From assembly GCA_965197585.1 (NCBI GenBank), contig OZ240215.1, forward strand, positions 3,296,001 to 3,360,000: a stretch of DNA of 64,000 nt. Direction: 5' to 3'. Made by a program: the position numbers and the translations under genes. A model generated the notes under the pieces. It did no database searches. It was not told the origin of the DNA and saw only the letters and a list, made by a program, of their open reading frames with translations. Each line of letters opens with the position of its first letter. Within the stretch, counting starts at the first letter, position 1. This document shows, piece after piece, positions 29,185 to 38,861 of the stretch. The DNA comes from Dehalococcoidia bacterium (GTDB lineage Bacteria; Chloroflexota; Dehalococcoidia; Plut-88900).

Positions 29185-30861
29185 ATGTCTGTTGAGATCA
29201 CGAGAGCTGAATATGACTCCCTATATGGACCCACCACTGGTGATCGTATCCGACTGGGTGACACTGATCTCCTCTTGGAAGTGGAGGCTGACCACACCTC
29301 CTACGGCAACGAAATAACTCACGGTTGGGGAAAGAATAGTCGCACCGGCATGATGCACGCCTACCAGACCCCTGGGGACAGCGAGCTAGACAGCATCATA
29401 GTTGGTTCCGTCATCGTCGATCCCGTGTTAGGTATCTTCAAGGGCGACATCGGCATCAAGGATGGCCTCATCGCAGGAATCGGGCGGGCTGGGAACCCAG
29501 ACATCATGGATGGCGTTGACCTTGTGCTGGGCCCGAACACCAACGTTCTCCCTGCCGCCGGCCTCATAGCTACTCCTGGAGGCGTAGATAGCCACGTCCA
29601 CATCTACGACAACCCTAAACTCATGGAGACCGCCATAAGTTCCGGTATTACCACCTTCATAGGCGCAGGGCTGAATCACAACGGCGACTTCACCATTCAC
29701 AAGTACTTCGAGGCCTTTGAGGAGATCCCCATAAACCTGGGAGTCCAGGGCCGAGGCGCTGCCAGTCACCCCTCCCCAATAGAGCGCAACATAGAAGCCG
29801 GCGCCTGCGGCATGAAGATCCATGAAGACGAGGGTGCCTATCCCTATGTGATAGATCTCTGCCTGCAGGTTGCCGAGCAATATGATGTCTCCGTTGCCCT
29901 CCACACCGACGGCCTGCAGGAGTCCATGCAAGTCATGGACACCATAGAGGCCATCGGAGGTAGAGCGCTCCACGCCTACCATGTAGAAGGTGTAGGCGGA
30001 GGCCACGCCCCGGATCTCCTCAAGTTGGCCGGTGTTGAAAACATAATGACCTCCTCTACAACGCCCACCATCCCTTACACGGCCGGGACTTATCAGGAAC
30101 ATTTTCCGATGACAGCCTTGGTCCACGGACTTACGCCCCACCTGCCCACAGACGTTGCTGCCCTTGAAGCCAGGGTCCGTCGCGAGACCATGGCCGCCGA
30201 GGACGTACTCCACGATATGGGAGCCGTTCCCATCATCAACTCGGACTCACAAGGTATGGGCCGTATAGGGGAAGTAGTTACAAGAACATGGCAGCTCGCT
30301 CACAAGATGAAGCGGGAGCGGGGAGCAGCCAACCCCCACAACGACAATGACCGCATCCTTCAATACCTCGCCAAAATCACAATTAACCCCGCCATTACTC
30401 ACGGCATTTCGGACTACGTCGGCTCCTTGGAGAAGGGGAAGCTGGCCGACATCGTCCTTTGGAACCCCCGTTTCTTTGGGGTGAAACCCGAGACAGTAAT
30501 CAAAGGCGGCTTTGTTACGTGGGGGACGCGTGGAGAAGGCAACGCTTCGATATCTAACTGTGAGCCGGTGATATACGGCCCTGCTTTCGGAGCGATGGGT
30601 CGCGCCGCCGGGAGGTTGAGCGTCTTTTTCGTATCCCAGGCCTCATTGGACAATGGCTTGTCGGAGCGCCTGGGCAGCCGGCGGCAGCTTCTGCCCGTTA
30701 AGAACGTTCGTAGTGCATCTAAAAGAAAGATGGTTCGTAACAAACTTAATCCCGAGATCGAAATAGATCCCAGGACCTCCCGTGTCCTGGTCAACAGACA
30801 GGAGGCCATCTCAGAAGCAATTAGAGAGGTTCCTCTAAACCGCCTTTACGTAATCACATGA
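29185..30861 (+). CDS. ureC: urease alpha subunit homologue with divergent substrate pocket
   Basis: YGPTTGD, DSHVH, KIHED, HVEGVGGGHAPD, SDSQGMGR, TINPA; flap and ATT loop altered. Confidence 0.85.
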   Translation: MSVEITRAEYDSLYGPTTGDRIRLGDTDLLLEVEADHTSYGNEITHGWGKNSRTGMMHAYQTPGDSELDSIIVGSVIVDPVLGIFKGDIGIKDGLIAGIGRAGNPDIMDGVDLVLGPNTNVLPAAGLIATPGGVDSHVHIYDNPKLMETAISSGITTFIGAGLNHNGDFTIHKYFEAFEEIPINLGVQGRGAASHPSPIERNIEAGACGMKIHEDEGAYPYVIDLCLQVAEQYDVSVALHTDGLQESMQVMDTIEAIGGRALHAYHVEGVGGGHAPDLLKLAGVENIMTSSTTPTIPYTAGTYQEHFPMTALVHGLTPHLPTDVAALEARVRRETMAAEDVLHDMGAVPIINSDSQGMGRIGEVVTRTWQLAHKMKRERGAANPHNDNDRILQYLAKITINPAITHGISDYVGSLEKGKLADIVLWNPRFFGVKPETVIKGGFVTWGTRGEGNASISNCEPVIYGPAFGAMGRAAGRLSVFFVSQASLDNGLSERLGSRRQLLPVKNVRSASKRKMVRNKLNPEIEIDPRTSRVLVNRQEAISEAIREVPLNRLYVIT

Positions 30862-30966
30862 CAGGCGTGCGGTTCGGGATAGTGTCCCCTCTTGGCTCAC
30901 TCGAACAGTCTTGCCCCTTGCCAATGGCTTAATGAATTTGGTTTTAAATCAGTTGCAATTGCATGA

Positions 30967-33900
30967 CTTGGATACGCGCAAGGGCTGGTTGAGGCAAAGA
31001 AATTTGCGAGAGATTTCGACGAGAACGACACCGGCTTGGTGTTCCAGTTCGCAGCTACCGACCCGGAAGGCCAGCCGATTAGATGGGAGCTGCCGGGAGA
31101 TGACGCTGCCGATTTCTACATTACGGAAGGTGCACTTTCATTTAGTGTCACTCCTGATTACGAAAACCCGGCTGACAAGAACCGCGACAACATATACCAG
31201 GTAACGGTAGAGGCCAGAGACCCCGGATTTAACGTAGCCCCCGCCGACGTGACCGTTACAGTGCTCAATGTGGACGAACGGGGTACGGTAACCCTTTCCA
31301 CCCAGACTCCTCAAGAGGAAGTCGGTCTGAGTGCTGAACTTTCTGACCCTGACGGTATCACCACCCAGGCTCAGTGGCAGTGGTCCCGCTCCTCCGACGG
31401 CTTGAACGGTTGGACGAACATCAGTGGCGCCGCGACAAGAAATTACACTCCCGTAGAAGCCGATGTCGGCGGCTACCTTCGTGCCGCGGCCACCTATGAG
31501 GATGCCCAGAGCGTAGACGTGGAAAAAACTGCCCACGGAATATCGGCCAACCCGGTTTTGGCCAAACCCTACATAAACCAGGCCCCAGAGTTCCTTGACG
31601 AGGAACCCACAAGAACTGTGAACGAAAATGCGGCTGCCGACGCCCCAGTGGGTGACCCTGTTGCAGCCGAAGACCCCGACGACGATCCCTTGACCTACGC
31701 CCTCAGCGGCACCGATGCAGGTTCCTTCGGCATCGATGACAGCACCGGCCAGATTTCGGTGCCCGCCGAAACCTCTTTGGACTTCGAGACCAAGAGTAGC
31801 TATTCCGTCACCGTTACAGCCACCGACCCCTCAGGCGAAAGCGATAGCGTCGACATGACCATTACCGTCATGGACGTGAACGAACCACCGGATGTGACAG
31901 AGGGCGAAACGGACCTTGAGCACGCTGAACATGGCACTGATGCTGTTGAGCAATTTGTAGCAGTAGACCCCGAAGGCCAGGACGTTAGTTGGAGACTCTC
32001 GGGTGACGATGCCAACGACTTTGACATTACGGGCGGAGCCCTTACCTTCAACTCCTCGCCTGACTTCGAAAACCCGGCCGACCGGGGTTCCGACAATGTC
32101 TACAACATGACGGTAGGAGCTAGCGACACTGGTGGAAGGCTCACCGAGGTAGATGTAACCGTTACCGTTACCAACGTGGACGAGCCGGGCACGGTCACGC
32201 TCTCGTCTGACCAGCCTGAGGAGGGCGTCCGTATCTCCGCCGATTTGGCGGACCCCGACTACATAGATGGCACTAAAGTTTGGCAGTGGTCCTGGTCCTC
32301 CGACGGCACCACCGATTGGATCGATATCCCCAACGCCACCGGCGGCATCTACACCCCGAATGTGACGGTTGTGGGCCTCTACTTGCAGGCCACAGCCACC
32401 TACAATGACCGTGAAAGTGCCCTAACTACCAGGACTGCTAGCAGGGCTACTGCGAACCCCGTCCTGGCTGCGGGCGAAGTCAACTCAGCGCCCCGCTTCC
32501 TGGATAGATCTCCGGAAAGGTTCGTGAACGAAAACGCCGCGGCAAATGCCCCCGTCGGTGATCCTGTCGCTGCCGAGGACGAAGACAGCGACACCCTGAC
32601 CTACTCCATGACTGGTACAGACGCTGATTCCTTCGACATTGACGTGGATACCGATCAGATCTCGGTAGCCGAAGGCACCGCCTTTGACTACGAAAGTACC
32701 ATCAGCTACAGCGTCACCGTAGAGGCCACCGACCCGGACGGTGATAGCGACAGCGTAGACGTCGCCATAATGGTCAATGACGTGGATGAGCCCCCCTCAT
32801 TCACCGTGGACAACACCGAGCTTGAGTACGCCGAGAACGGTGCTGGTTCCGTTACAACGTTCACCGCTACCGATCCTGAAGGTGGAGACATCGGATGGGG
32901 CCTTTCCGACGACGATGCTGACCTCTTCTCCATTGACGACGGAGCGCTCAGCTTCGCCTCCTCGCCTGACTTCGAGAGCCCCGCAGACGAAGACACTGAC
33001 AACGTCTACAACCTAACCATCGGAGCCAGTGACGCCGAAGGCAACCTCACTGAGGTGGATGTTACCGTCACCGTCACCAATGTGGACGAAGCAGGTACAG
33101 TCACCCTGTCGTTGCTCGAGCCTGAAGAGGAAGTCCGCATCACAGCCACCCTGGCCGATCCTGATGGCATTGCCTCCAACATCAGGTGGCAGTGGGCACG
33201 TTCCTCCGACGGCTCTACCGCCTGGGTGGACATTGATGAAGCCACTTCCGGTATATACACCCCCGTTCCCGCGGACGCCGACCACTACCTGCGTGCTACC
33301 GCCAACTACTAAGACAGAGAGAGCGCTACGGTTACAAAGACCGTGGCCGCTGCAACCGATGAACCGGTTGTGGGCATACCGCACATCAACCGGGGCCCTG
33401 AGTTCGTTGACCAGGATCCGACCGACAGGACCGTGAACGAAAATTCGGCTGAGGCGGCCCTCGTTGGGAATCCTGTCGAAGCCGTGGATGCCGACAACGA
33501 TGTGTTGGTTTACACCATCAGCGGTGATGACGCAGGCTCGTTCGATGTAATCACAGCAACCGGTCAGATCACGGTTGGCGCCGGGACATCCCTGGACTTC
33601 GAAACACGGACAAGCTACATGGTCACCCTTACTGTCTCTGACCCGTCCGGGGCCTCAGACACCATAGATGTCGACGTCGAAGTAACTAATGTCGACGAAC
33701 CCCCGACAATCGACCTGACCGTACCTGGCCCCGAAAGAGAGGACGCTGTATTCCAGGAGAACAGCACCAGCCCCGTGGCCAGCTACACCGTTGGTGGGCA
33801 AACCGAAGGCTTCGAGTGGAGCTTGTCGGGTATCGACGCTGGTAACTTCTCCATCAGCAACAGCGGGGTGCTCACATTCAACTCGCCTCCCGACTATGAG

Positions 33901-34158
33901 AACCCCACAGACAATGACAGGAACAACGAGTACCTGATCAGCGTCAACGCAACAGACAGCGATGGTAAGACTGGGACCACTGCCGTAACCGTAACCGACG
34001 TCAACGATACCGGTGAAGCAGCGGTTGGCAGGTACGACCAGAACGACGACGGGACGATAGACAGGGAAGAAGCTCTCAGAGCCATAAGAGACTACTTCGA
34101 CGACATCATAACCAAGGACCAGGTGCTGACTGTCATCATGCGGTACTTTATCGGCTAA
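30967..34158 (+). pseudogene. cadherin-repeat protein with dockerin-like C-terminus, broken by in-frame stops
   Basis: ORFs 31036..33312 and 33343..34158 share one frame, separated by TAA in ANY*DRES (cf. ATYNDRES earlier in the gene); upstream in-frame TGA at 30964; no intact signal peptide. Confidence 0.75.
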
Positions 34159-34216
34159 TGTAGTCCACCCCTGCTTGACCATGCGTAGTTAAGCAAGGTA
34201 AACAGAGCTAATAGAA

Positions 34217-34254
34217 CCGCCCCCAGGGATCACTCCCTAGGGGCGGCGACTTTT
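34217..34254 (+). terminator. intrinsic terminator
   Basis: CCGCCCCCAGGGA...TCCCTAGGGGCGG + TTTT. Confidence 0.7.
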
Positions 34255-34395
34255 GGGGCGCAAACAGGAATGAGTGGAGTCCGGGTTCCAAGGCAGGAAG
34301 TATCCCGGGATAGGCATCAATACCGTGGCTCCTACACGAGACCACGCAGAGTCAATCCCGCACACATCCGCCTTGGGATGCCGGAAAAAGGGAGA

Positions 34396-34470
34396 TGGAG
34401 CCAGCGAAGGGAATCGAACCCTTGGCCTGCGGTTTACGAAACCGCTGCTCTACCGCTGAGCTACGCTGGC
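34396..34470 (-). tRNA. tRNA-Thr(CGU)
   Basis: Reverse complement GCCAGCG...GCGGT-TTCGTAA-ACCGC...GGTTCGATTCC..CGCTGGC TCCA. Confidence 0.95.
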
Positions 34471-34633
34471 TTCAAATGTGGACCTATATGCCCGGACAAC
34501 CCCTATTATCGACAGGAACGTGCCCTTTGTAAATCAGGTGAACCCATGGGCCCGACCAGGCTGGACATTCTCAAAGGCGAGGCTATAATTAGTCCCAACG
34601 ACCCCGTGTCGGCATCACCCGACTGGAGACATC

Positions 34634-34825
34634 ATGGATCGGATACCTGCAAGCATACTACTACCCTTAATGGCGGGGATTTTTGTCCTGGTTGTCGGGG
34701 GAGGATTGGGCGTCATCTTCACCCTCGCCGGTGAGAATGGCACCATAATAATTGGACTGGCTATCGTAATCCTTTCTCCCGTCGTGGCAGGCCTACTGGT
34801 CAGAAAACGTAGCTCTAAAACATAA
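34634..34825 (+). CDS. small two-TM membrane protein
   Basis: GGAG RBS, two hydrophobic helices, basic tail. Confidence 0.65.
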   Translation: MDRIPASILLPLMAGIFVLVVGGGLGVIFTLAGENGTIIIGLAIVILSPVVAGLLVRKRSSKT

Positions 34826-34852
34826 TCTGCCTGCCCAAGACGTTTCATCTAT

Positions 34853-34888
34853 TGGTGAGAGCGACTCCCGCTCTCACCATTGTTTTTT
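34853..34888 (+). terminator. intrinsic terminator
   Basis: TGGTGAGAGCG/CGCTCTCACCA 11-bp stem + T-run. Confidence 0.75.
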
Positions 34889-34971
34889 GGGCGACGAATC
34901 GGCACTAGCTTGCGCTACTGGGAAACGAGACGGTAGTATGCCCACGACGCCCGCCTTTCAAGGAGGTCCCC

Positions 34972-36183
34972 ATGTCCCGCCTCGTAATCACCAACTGCCA
35001 TCTTATTGATGCCCTCTCTGACCACGCCCAGCCCGACGCCAGCGTCGCCATCGAAGACGGCCTGATTACCCGCATCGAGACCAATAACGCCAAGATTGAT
35101 GCGGATGGAGGCCGGGTAATCGATGCCCGAGGTGGCTGGCTTCTCCCGGGCCTCTGGGACGTACACGTGCACCTCATGTTTCCGGATCCCCCACCCAAGA
35201 CCATCCCCCACCGCGTCGTCAAATATGGCAAGAATGCTATGGAGGGCCTCACCGAAAGCGGAGTAACCGGCATCCGCAGCGGCGGAATCGAAAACTGGAT
35301 AGACGTGGCCTGGCGGGACGCCTTCGCCTCTGGACAGTACCTTGGCCCTCGCATCTTCGCTTCCGGCTATTTCCTCACTACCACCGGCGGACATGCTACC
35401 CGCTGGCCCTTCTCTCAGCAGTGTGACGGCCCCGAGGACTTCGTGCTCGCCGTTAGACAGCAGATAGACAACGACGTAGATCACATTAAACTCAACCTCT
35501 CCGGCGGCATCATGGGCCCCGACTGGGACCGCCACTGGCACAGCTTCTTCCTCCCTGATGAACTGACGGCCACCTACCAGGTCTGCCATCAGCGCGGCAT
35601 GAAGGTCATGTCCCACGCCGCCAACCCCGATGCCGTCAAGAGTGCCGTCCGCAACAACACCTGGACCGTTGAGCACGGCTATATCATGGATGACGAATGC
35701 ATCGACATGATGAAGGACAAGGGCACCATCTACGTTCCCACCCTGGGGATCAGTCACCTCACTCCTCGGCAGGCGACCAACGAATGGGAGCAGGAGTATC
35801 TGGAGATAAAGCAGATCTCATCCGAGATGCTGGCCCGCGCCGACGCCGCTGTCGAAGAGCACGCCAAGTGGTTCAAAACGGCCCTCGACTCCGGCGTCAA
35901 GATGGCTCTGGGCTCCGATCTGGGCCCCGTGAAGGACGCTGTGCACCTGGAGATGGCCCTCTGGGTCAGGGACGGCTCCACGCCCATGCAGGCCATCAAG
36001 GCGGCTACCGCGATGTCTGCCCTCACCTGCGGCGTCGATGACAAGCTCGGCACCGTAGAGGTCGGCAAGATCGCCGACCTCATAGTCGTCGGTGCCGACC
36101 CCCTGGAAAACATCGACAACATGCGGCAGCTCCAAATGGTCTTCAAGGACGGCCGTCTGGTCGCCGATAAGGCTTCCGGATAA
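34972..36183 (+). CDS. metal-dependent amidohydrolase (amidohydrolase-1 family)
   Basis: PGLWDVHVH, TGGH, IK, VEHG, GSD, GKIADLIVV. Confidence 0.9.
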   Translation: MSRLVITNCHLIDALSDHAQPDASVAIEDGLITRIETNNAKIDADGGRVIDARGGWLLPGLWDVHVHLMFPDPPPKTIPHRVVKYGKNAMEGLTESGVTGIRSGGIENWIDVAWRDAFASGQYLGPRIFASGYFLTTTGGHATRWPFSQQCDGPEDFVLAVRQQIDNDVDHIKLNLSGGIMGPDWDRHWHSFFLPDELTATYQVCHQRGMKVMSHAANPDAVKSAVRNNTWTVEHGYIMDDECIDMMKDKGTIYVPTLGISHLTPRQATNEWEQEYLEIKQISSEMLARADAAVEEHAKWFKTALDSGVKMALGSDLGPVKDAVHLEMALWVRDGSTPMQAIKAATAMSALTCGVDDKLGTVEVGKIADLIVVGADPLENIDNMRQLQMVFKDGRLVADKASG

Positions 36184-36213
36184 GCCTCCACAGTCCCAAA
36201 AGGAGCGTCCCTC

Positions 36214-37350
36214 ATGCCCGCCGAGTCCACTCCATCAGTTTATGCCGACCTCGGAGTGAAGCGCGTCATATGCGCCCGCAGCAGTTCCACCGTTCTCGGT
36301 GGTTCCATCCTGAGTCCCACCGTTCGGGCGGCAATGGAGGAGGCCAACCGCATATACGTCGGAATGCCTGAACTCCTCGACCGGGCAGGGGAGTCGATAG
36401 CCGAAATGATCGGTGCCGAGGCAGCCTACCCGACCCCAGGTTGTTTCGCGGCCATAACCCTGGGCGTATCCGGCGTAATGACCGGCGGCGCCCCTGACCT
36501 GGTCGCCCGCCTCCCCGACACCTCCGGCCTGAAGAACGAGTTCCTTATCCAGAAGTGCGCCCGCTACCAATATGATCGCAGCGTCACCGTCTCCGGCGCC
36601 CGCATGATCGAGGTCGGGGATGATGCGCAGACCACTCCCAACCAGCTGGCCCAGGCCATACGCCCGAGCACCGGGGGAATCGTCTATGCCGCCCACCAGG
36701 AGGGCGAACCTGGCATACTGCCTCTCTCGGAGGTTGTGGCCATCGCCAAGGACGCTGGTGTTGCCGTCATCGTCGATGCTGCCTACCAGGTATATCCCCT
36801 CGAAAGGATCACTGAGCTCGTCAACAGCGGCGCCGATCTTATCTGTTTCAGCTCCAAGTACATGGGCGGACCAAACTCCGCAGGTTTCCTCTGTGGGAAT
36901 AGCGAAGCAGTCGAGGCCGCAGCCCTCAATGGTTTCATGGCATTCGAGACCGAGAAGAACCGTAATATGGGCCGGGGCTACAAGATAGACCGTCAGGAGG
37001 TCGTGGCCACCGTAGCCGTGTTGAGAGAGTGGCTGGAAATGGACCACTCTGCCAGGCTGACCGACCAGGACCGCAAATTTCAGGTCGTCGCCGAGGGTCT
37101 CGCCAGCCTTCTCCATGTCGAGATAGAGCAGGGCTGGTACGATCGCTATTGCTCGATGGAAATGAAGATCACCCTCGACGAAGAGGCCTTGGGCCGCACC
37201 GCAGCCTCCGTGGAACAAGCCATGAGGGAGGGAGACCCGAGCATCTGGCTCTGGCTTGAAGGCACCGCCCTAAAACTCGGCGTCGACACTCTCCTCCCCG
37301 GCGAAGAAAACATCCTCGCCCGCCGCCTCCGCGAAGAACTCACCCTTTAG
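36214..37350 (+). CDS. SelA-like/DgaE-like PLP-dependent enzyme
   Basis: Y..LGVKRVI, VIVDAA, FSSSKYMGGP PLP-lysine motif. Confidence 0.75.
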   Translation: MPAESTPSVYADLGVKRVICARSSSTVLGGSILSPTVRAAMEEANRIYVGMPELLDRAGESIAEMIGAEAAYPTPGCFAAITLGVSGVMTGGAPDLVARLPDTSGLKNEFLIQKCARYQYDRSVTVSGARMIEVGDDAQTTPNQLAQAIRPSTGGIVYAAHQEGEPGILPLSEVVAIAKDAGVAVIVDAAYQVYPLERITELVNSGADLICFSSKYMGGPNSAGFLCGNSEAVEAAALNGFMAFETEKNRNMGRGYKIDRQEVVATVAVLREWLEMDHSARLTDQDRKFQVVAEGLASLLHVEIEQGWYDRYCSMEMKITLDEEALGRTAASVEQAMREGDPSIWLWLEGTALKLGVDTLLPGEENILARRLREELTL

Positions 37351-37463
37351 CCGTCTGTCCCATCGCCTCTCACTGTGAGACATTTGGCAAACTCGCTCAC
37401 ATACCTTGGGTGAGGTGTCCTGTCCCCTCTCCCTCGATGTGACCTTTGCATAACTGTCATTCC

Positions 37464-38519
37464 TGTAAGTGTTAGGTAATTCGTTGACAGATTGGTATAA
37501 GAGGCCAACACCAATCTGGAGGCGAGAATGCGAGACAATAGCAAGGACCTCACCCTTGAGCGGAACTACATTCAGAAGTGGCGGTTCCTCATCCATGAGT
37601 ATCAACTGGTCAAGGCAGGGAAGCATCCCCGTTTCCGCTTCGCCCAGGACTTCTACTCCTTCCACGGCACTAGCCGTCAGACCTTCGCCAAGTACTACAA
37701 CCGGTTCCTCCTTTCCCCCTCCGACAACGCCTTCCTCCCCCGTAAGCGGGGTCCCGGGTGGAAGTCCCGCCGCACCCTGCCCTACATTGAGCAGAAGGTC
37801 ATCAACGAGCGCCTTAACGGTACCAACCGTTACGAGATCTATGCCATACTCAAACCCATCCTTAAACACAACACCCCTAAGCCCTCCACCATCTACGCCA
37901 TCACCAGACGCCACGGTTTCAATAGGCTCACAAAGCCGATGCAGCAGTCGAAGCGCAAGATCATCAAGACCCGGGCAGGAGAGCTGGGCCACCTGGACAG
38001 CCACTACCTCAGCCGGGATACCATCGTGGGCACCAAGCACCGCTACTACCTGGTGGGCCTCATCGACGCCTACACCCGTCTGGCCTGGGCCGAAGTGGTC
38101 GGAGACATCAAGAGTCTCTCCGTTATGTTTGCTACTCTGAAGTCCATCAATTTCCTTAACGTGGAGTACGGCATCCAATTCGAGGCCATCCTCACCGACA
38201 ACGGCCCCGAGATGGCCTCCCCAAGGAACACCGAGGGCCACCCCATGGAACGGATGCTCAATGAGCTGGGCATAAAGCACCGCTACACCCGCCCTTATAG
38301 GCCCCAGACCAACGGGAAGATAGAGCGGTTCTGGAGAACCTTGAACGAGGACCTGCTGGAGGGGACAACCTTCGAATCGGTCTCGGAACTGAAGGACGAG
38401 CTTCAGCAATACCTGATCTACTACAATACTCAGAGACCCCACCAGGCAATGGACGGAAAGACCCCTTTGGAGACCCTTAAATCCACCTAATTCTGTCAAC
38501 GAATTACCTGACATCCACA
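37464..38519 (+). mobile_element. IS481-family insertion sequence, 1056 bp
   Basis: TGT...ACA ends, inverted repeats sharing AGGTAATTCGTTGACAGA, ATTCC target duplication at 37459..37463 and 38520..38524. Confidence 0.9.
37528..38490 (+). CDS. DDE (rve) transposase, IS481 family
   Basis: GHLD, IDAYTR, LTDNGPE, RPYRPQTNGKIERF, YNTQRPH. Confidence 0.92.
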   Translation: MRDNSKDLTLERNYIQKWRFLIHEYQLVKAGKHPRFRFAQDFYSFHGTSRQTFAKYYNRFLLSPSDNAFLPRKRGPGWKSRRTLPYIEQKVINERLNGTNRYEIYAILKPILKHNTPKPSTIYAITRRHGFNRLTKPMQQSKRKIIKTRAGELGHLDSHYLSRDTIVGTKHRYYLVGLIDAYTRLAWAEVVGDIKSLSVMFATLKSINFLNVEYGIQFEAILTDNGPEMASPRNTEGHPMERMLNELGIKHRYTRPYRPQTNGKIERFWRTLNEDLLEGTTFESVSELKDELQQYLIYYNTQRPHQAMDGKTPLETLKST

Positions 38520-38604
38520 ATTCCGAGACTCCGCGAGGAATCTGGGGCGAGGGGCTCAGGATTGGATAACATGTCTCGTATTGCCAATATGTTCCAGCAT
38601 AGGG

Positions 38605-38855
38605 AGTTACGCAAAGGCCTCTCGATGGGTCGTAGATGCGCCGAGGCGTGAGAGGGCTAGGGCCGTAGGCTCGCTGAGGAGAGTGAGGGTGAGCCGGGTT
38701 CCGAAAGAGCAGTTACGCAAAGGTCTCTTAATGGGTGGCAGATGCGCCGAGGCGTGAGAGGGCTAGGGCCATAGGCTCGCTGAGGAGAGTGAGGGTGACC
38801 CCCCTTCATTCCGGCCTCCGAGCCGGTCGAAGATGTGCCGAGGCGTGAATCCATC
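38605..38855. repeat. two tandem ~90-bp composite repeats plus a REP with a 21-nt insert
   Basis: 38605..38692 vs 38711..38798 near-identical; 38806..38855 vs 60581..60609. Confidence 0.85.
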
Positions 38856-38861
38856 CTCCCC

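Larger units (their letters stand above)
37439..38621. mobile_element. MITE-like element (~120 bp without the nested IS) with 17-bp TIRs
   Basis: GTGACCTTTGCATAACT / AGTTACGCAAAGGCCTC (14/17), flanked by TCGAT direct repeats. Confidence 0.65.

Noticed and set aside
30964-30966. Selenocysteine readthrough in the cadherin pseudogene
   Set aside because: Not a Cys-equivalent position, no obvious SECIS, and the second stop is TAA.
33300-33343. Programmed frameshift between the two cadherin ORFs
   Set aside because: Both ORFs are in the same frame; it is a nonsense codon.
36214-37350. True selenocysteine synthase SelA
   Set aside because: Short (378 aa), lacks the SelA N-terminal region and FSGDKLLGGPQ motif; better fits the SelA-like/DgaE group.
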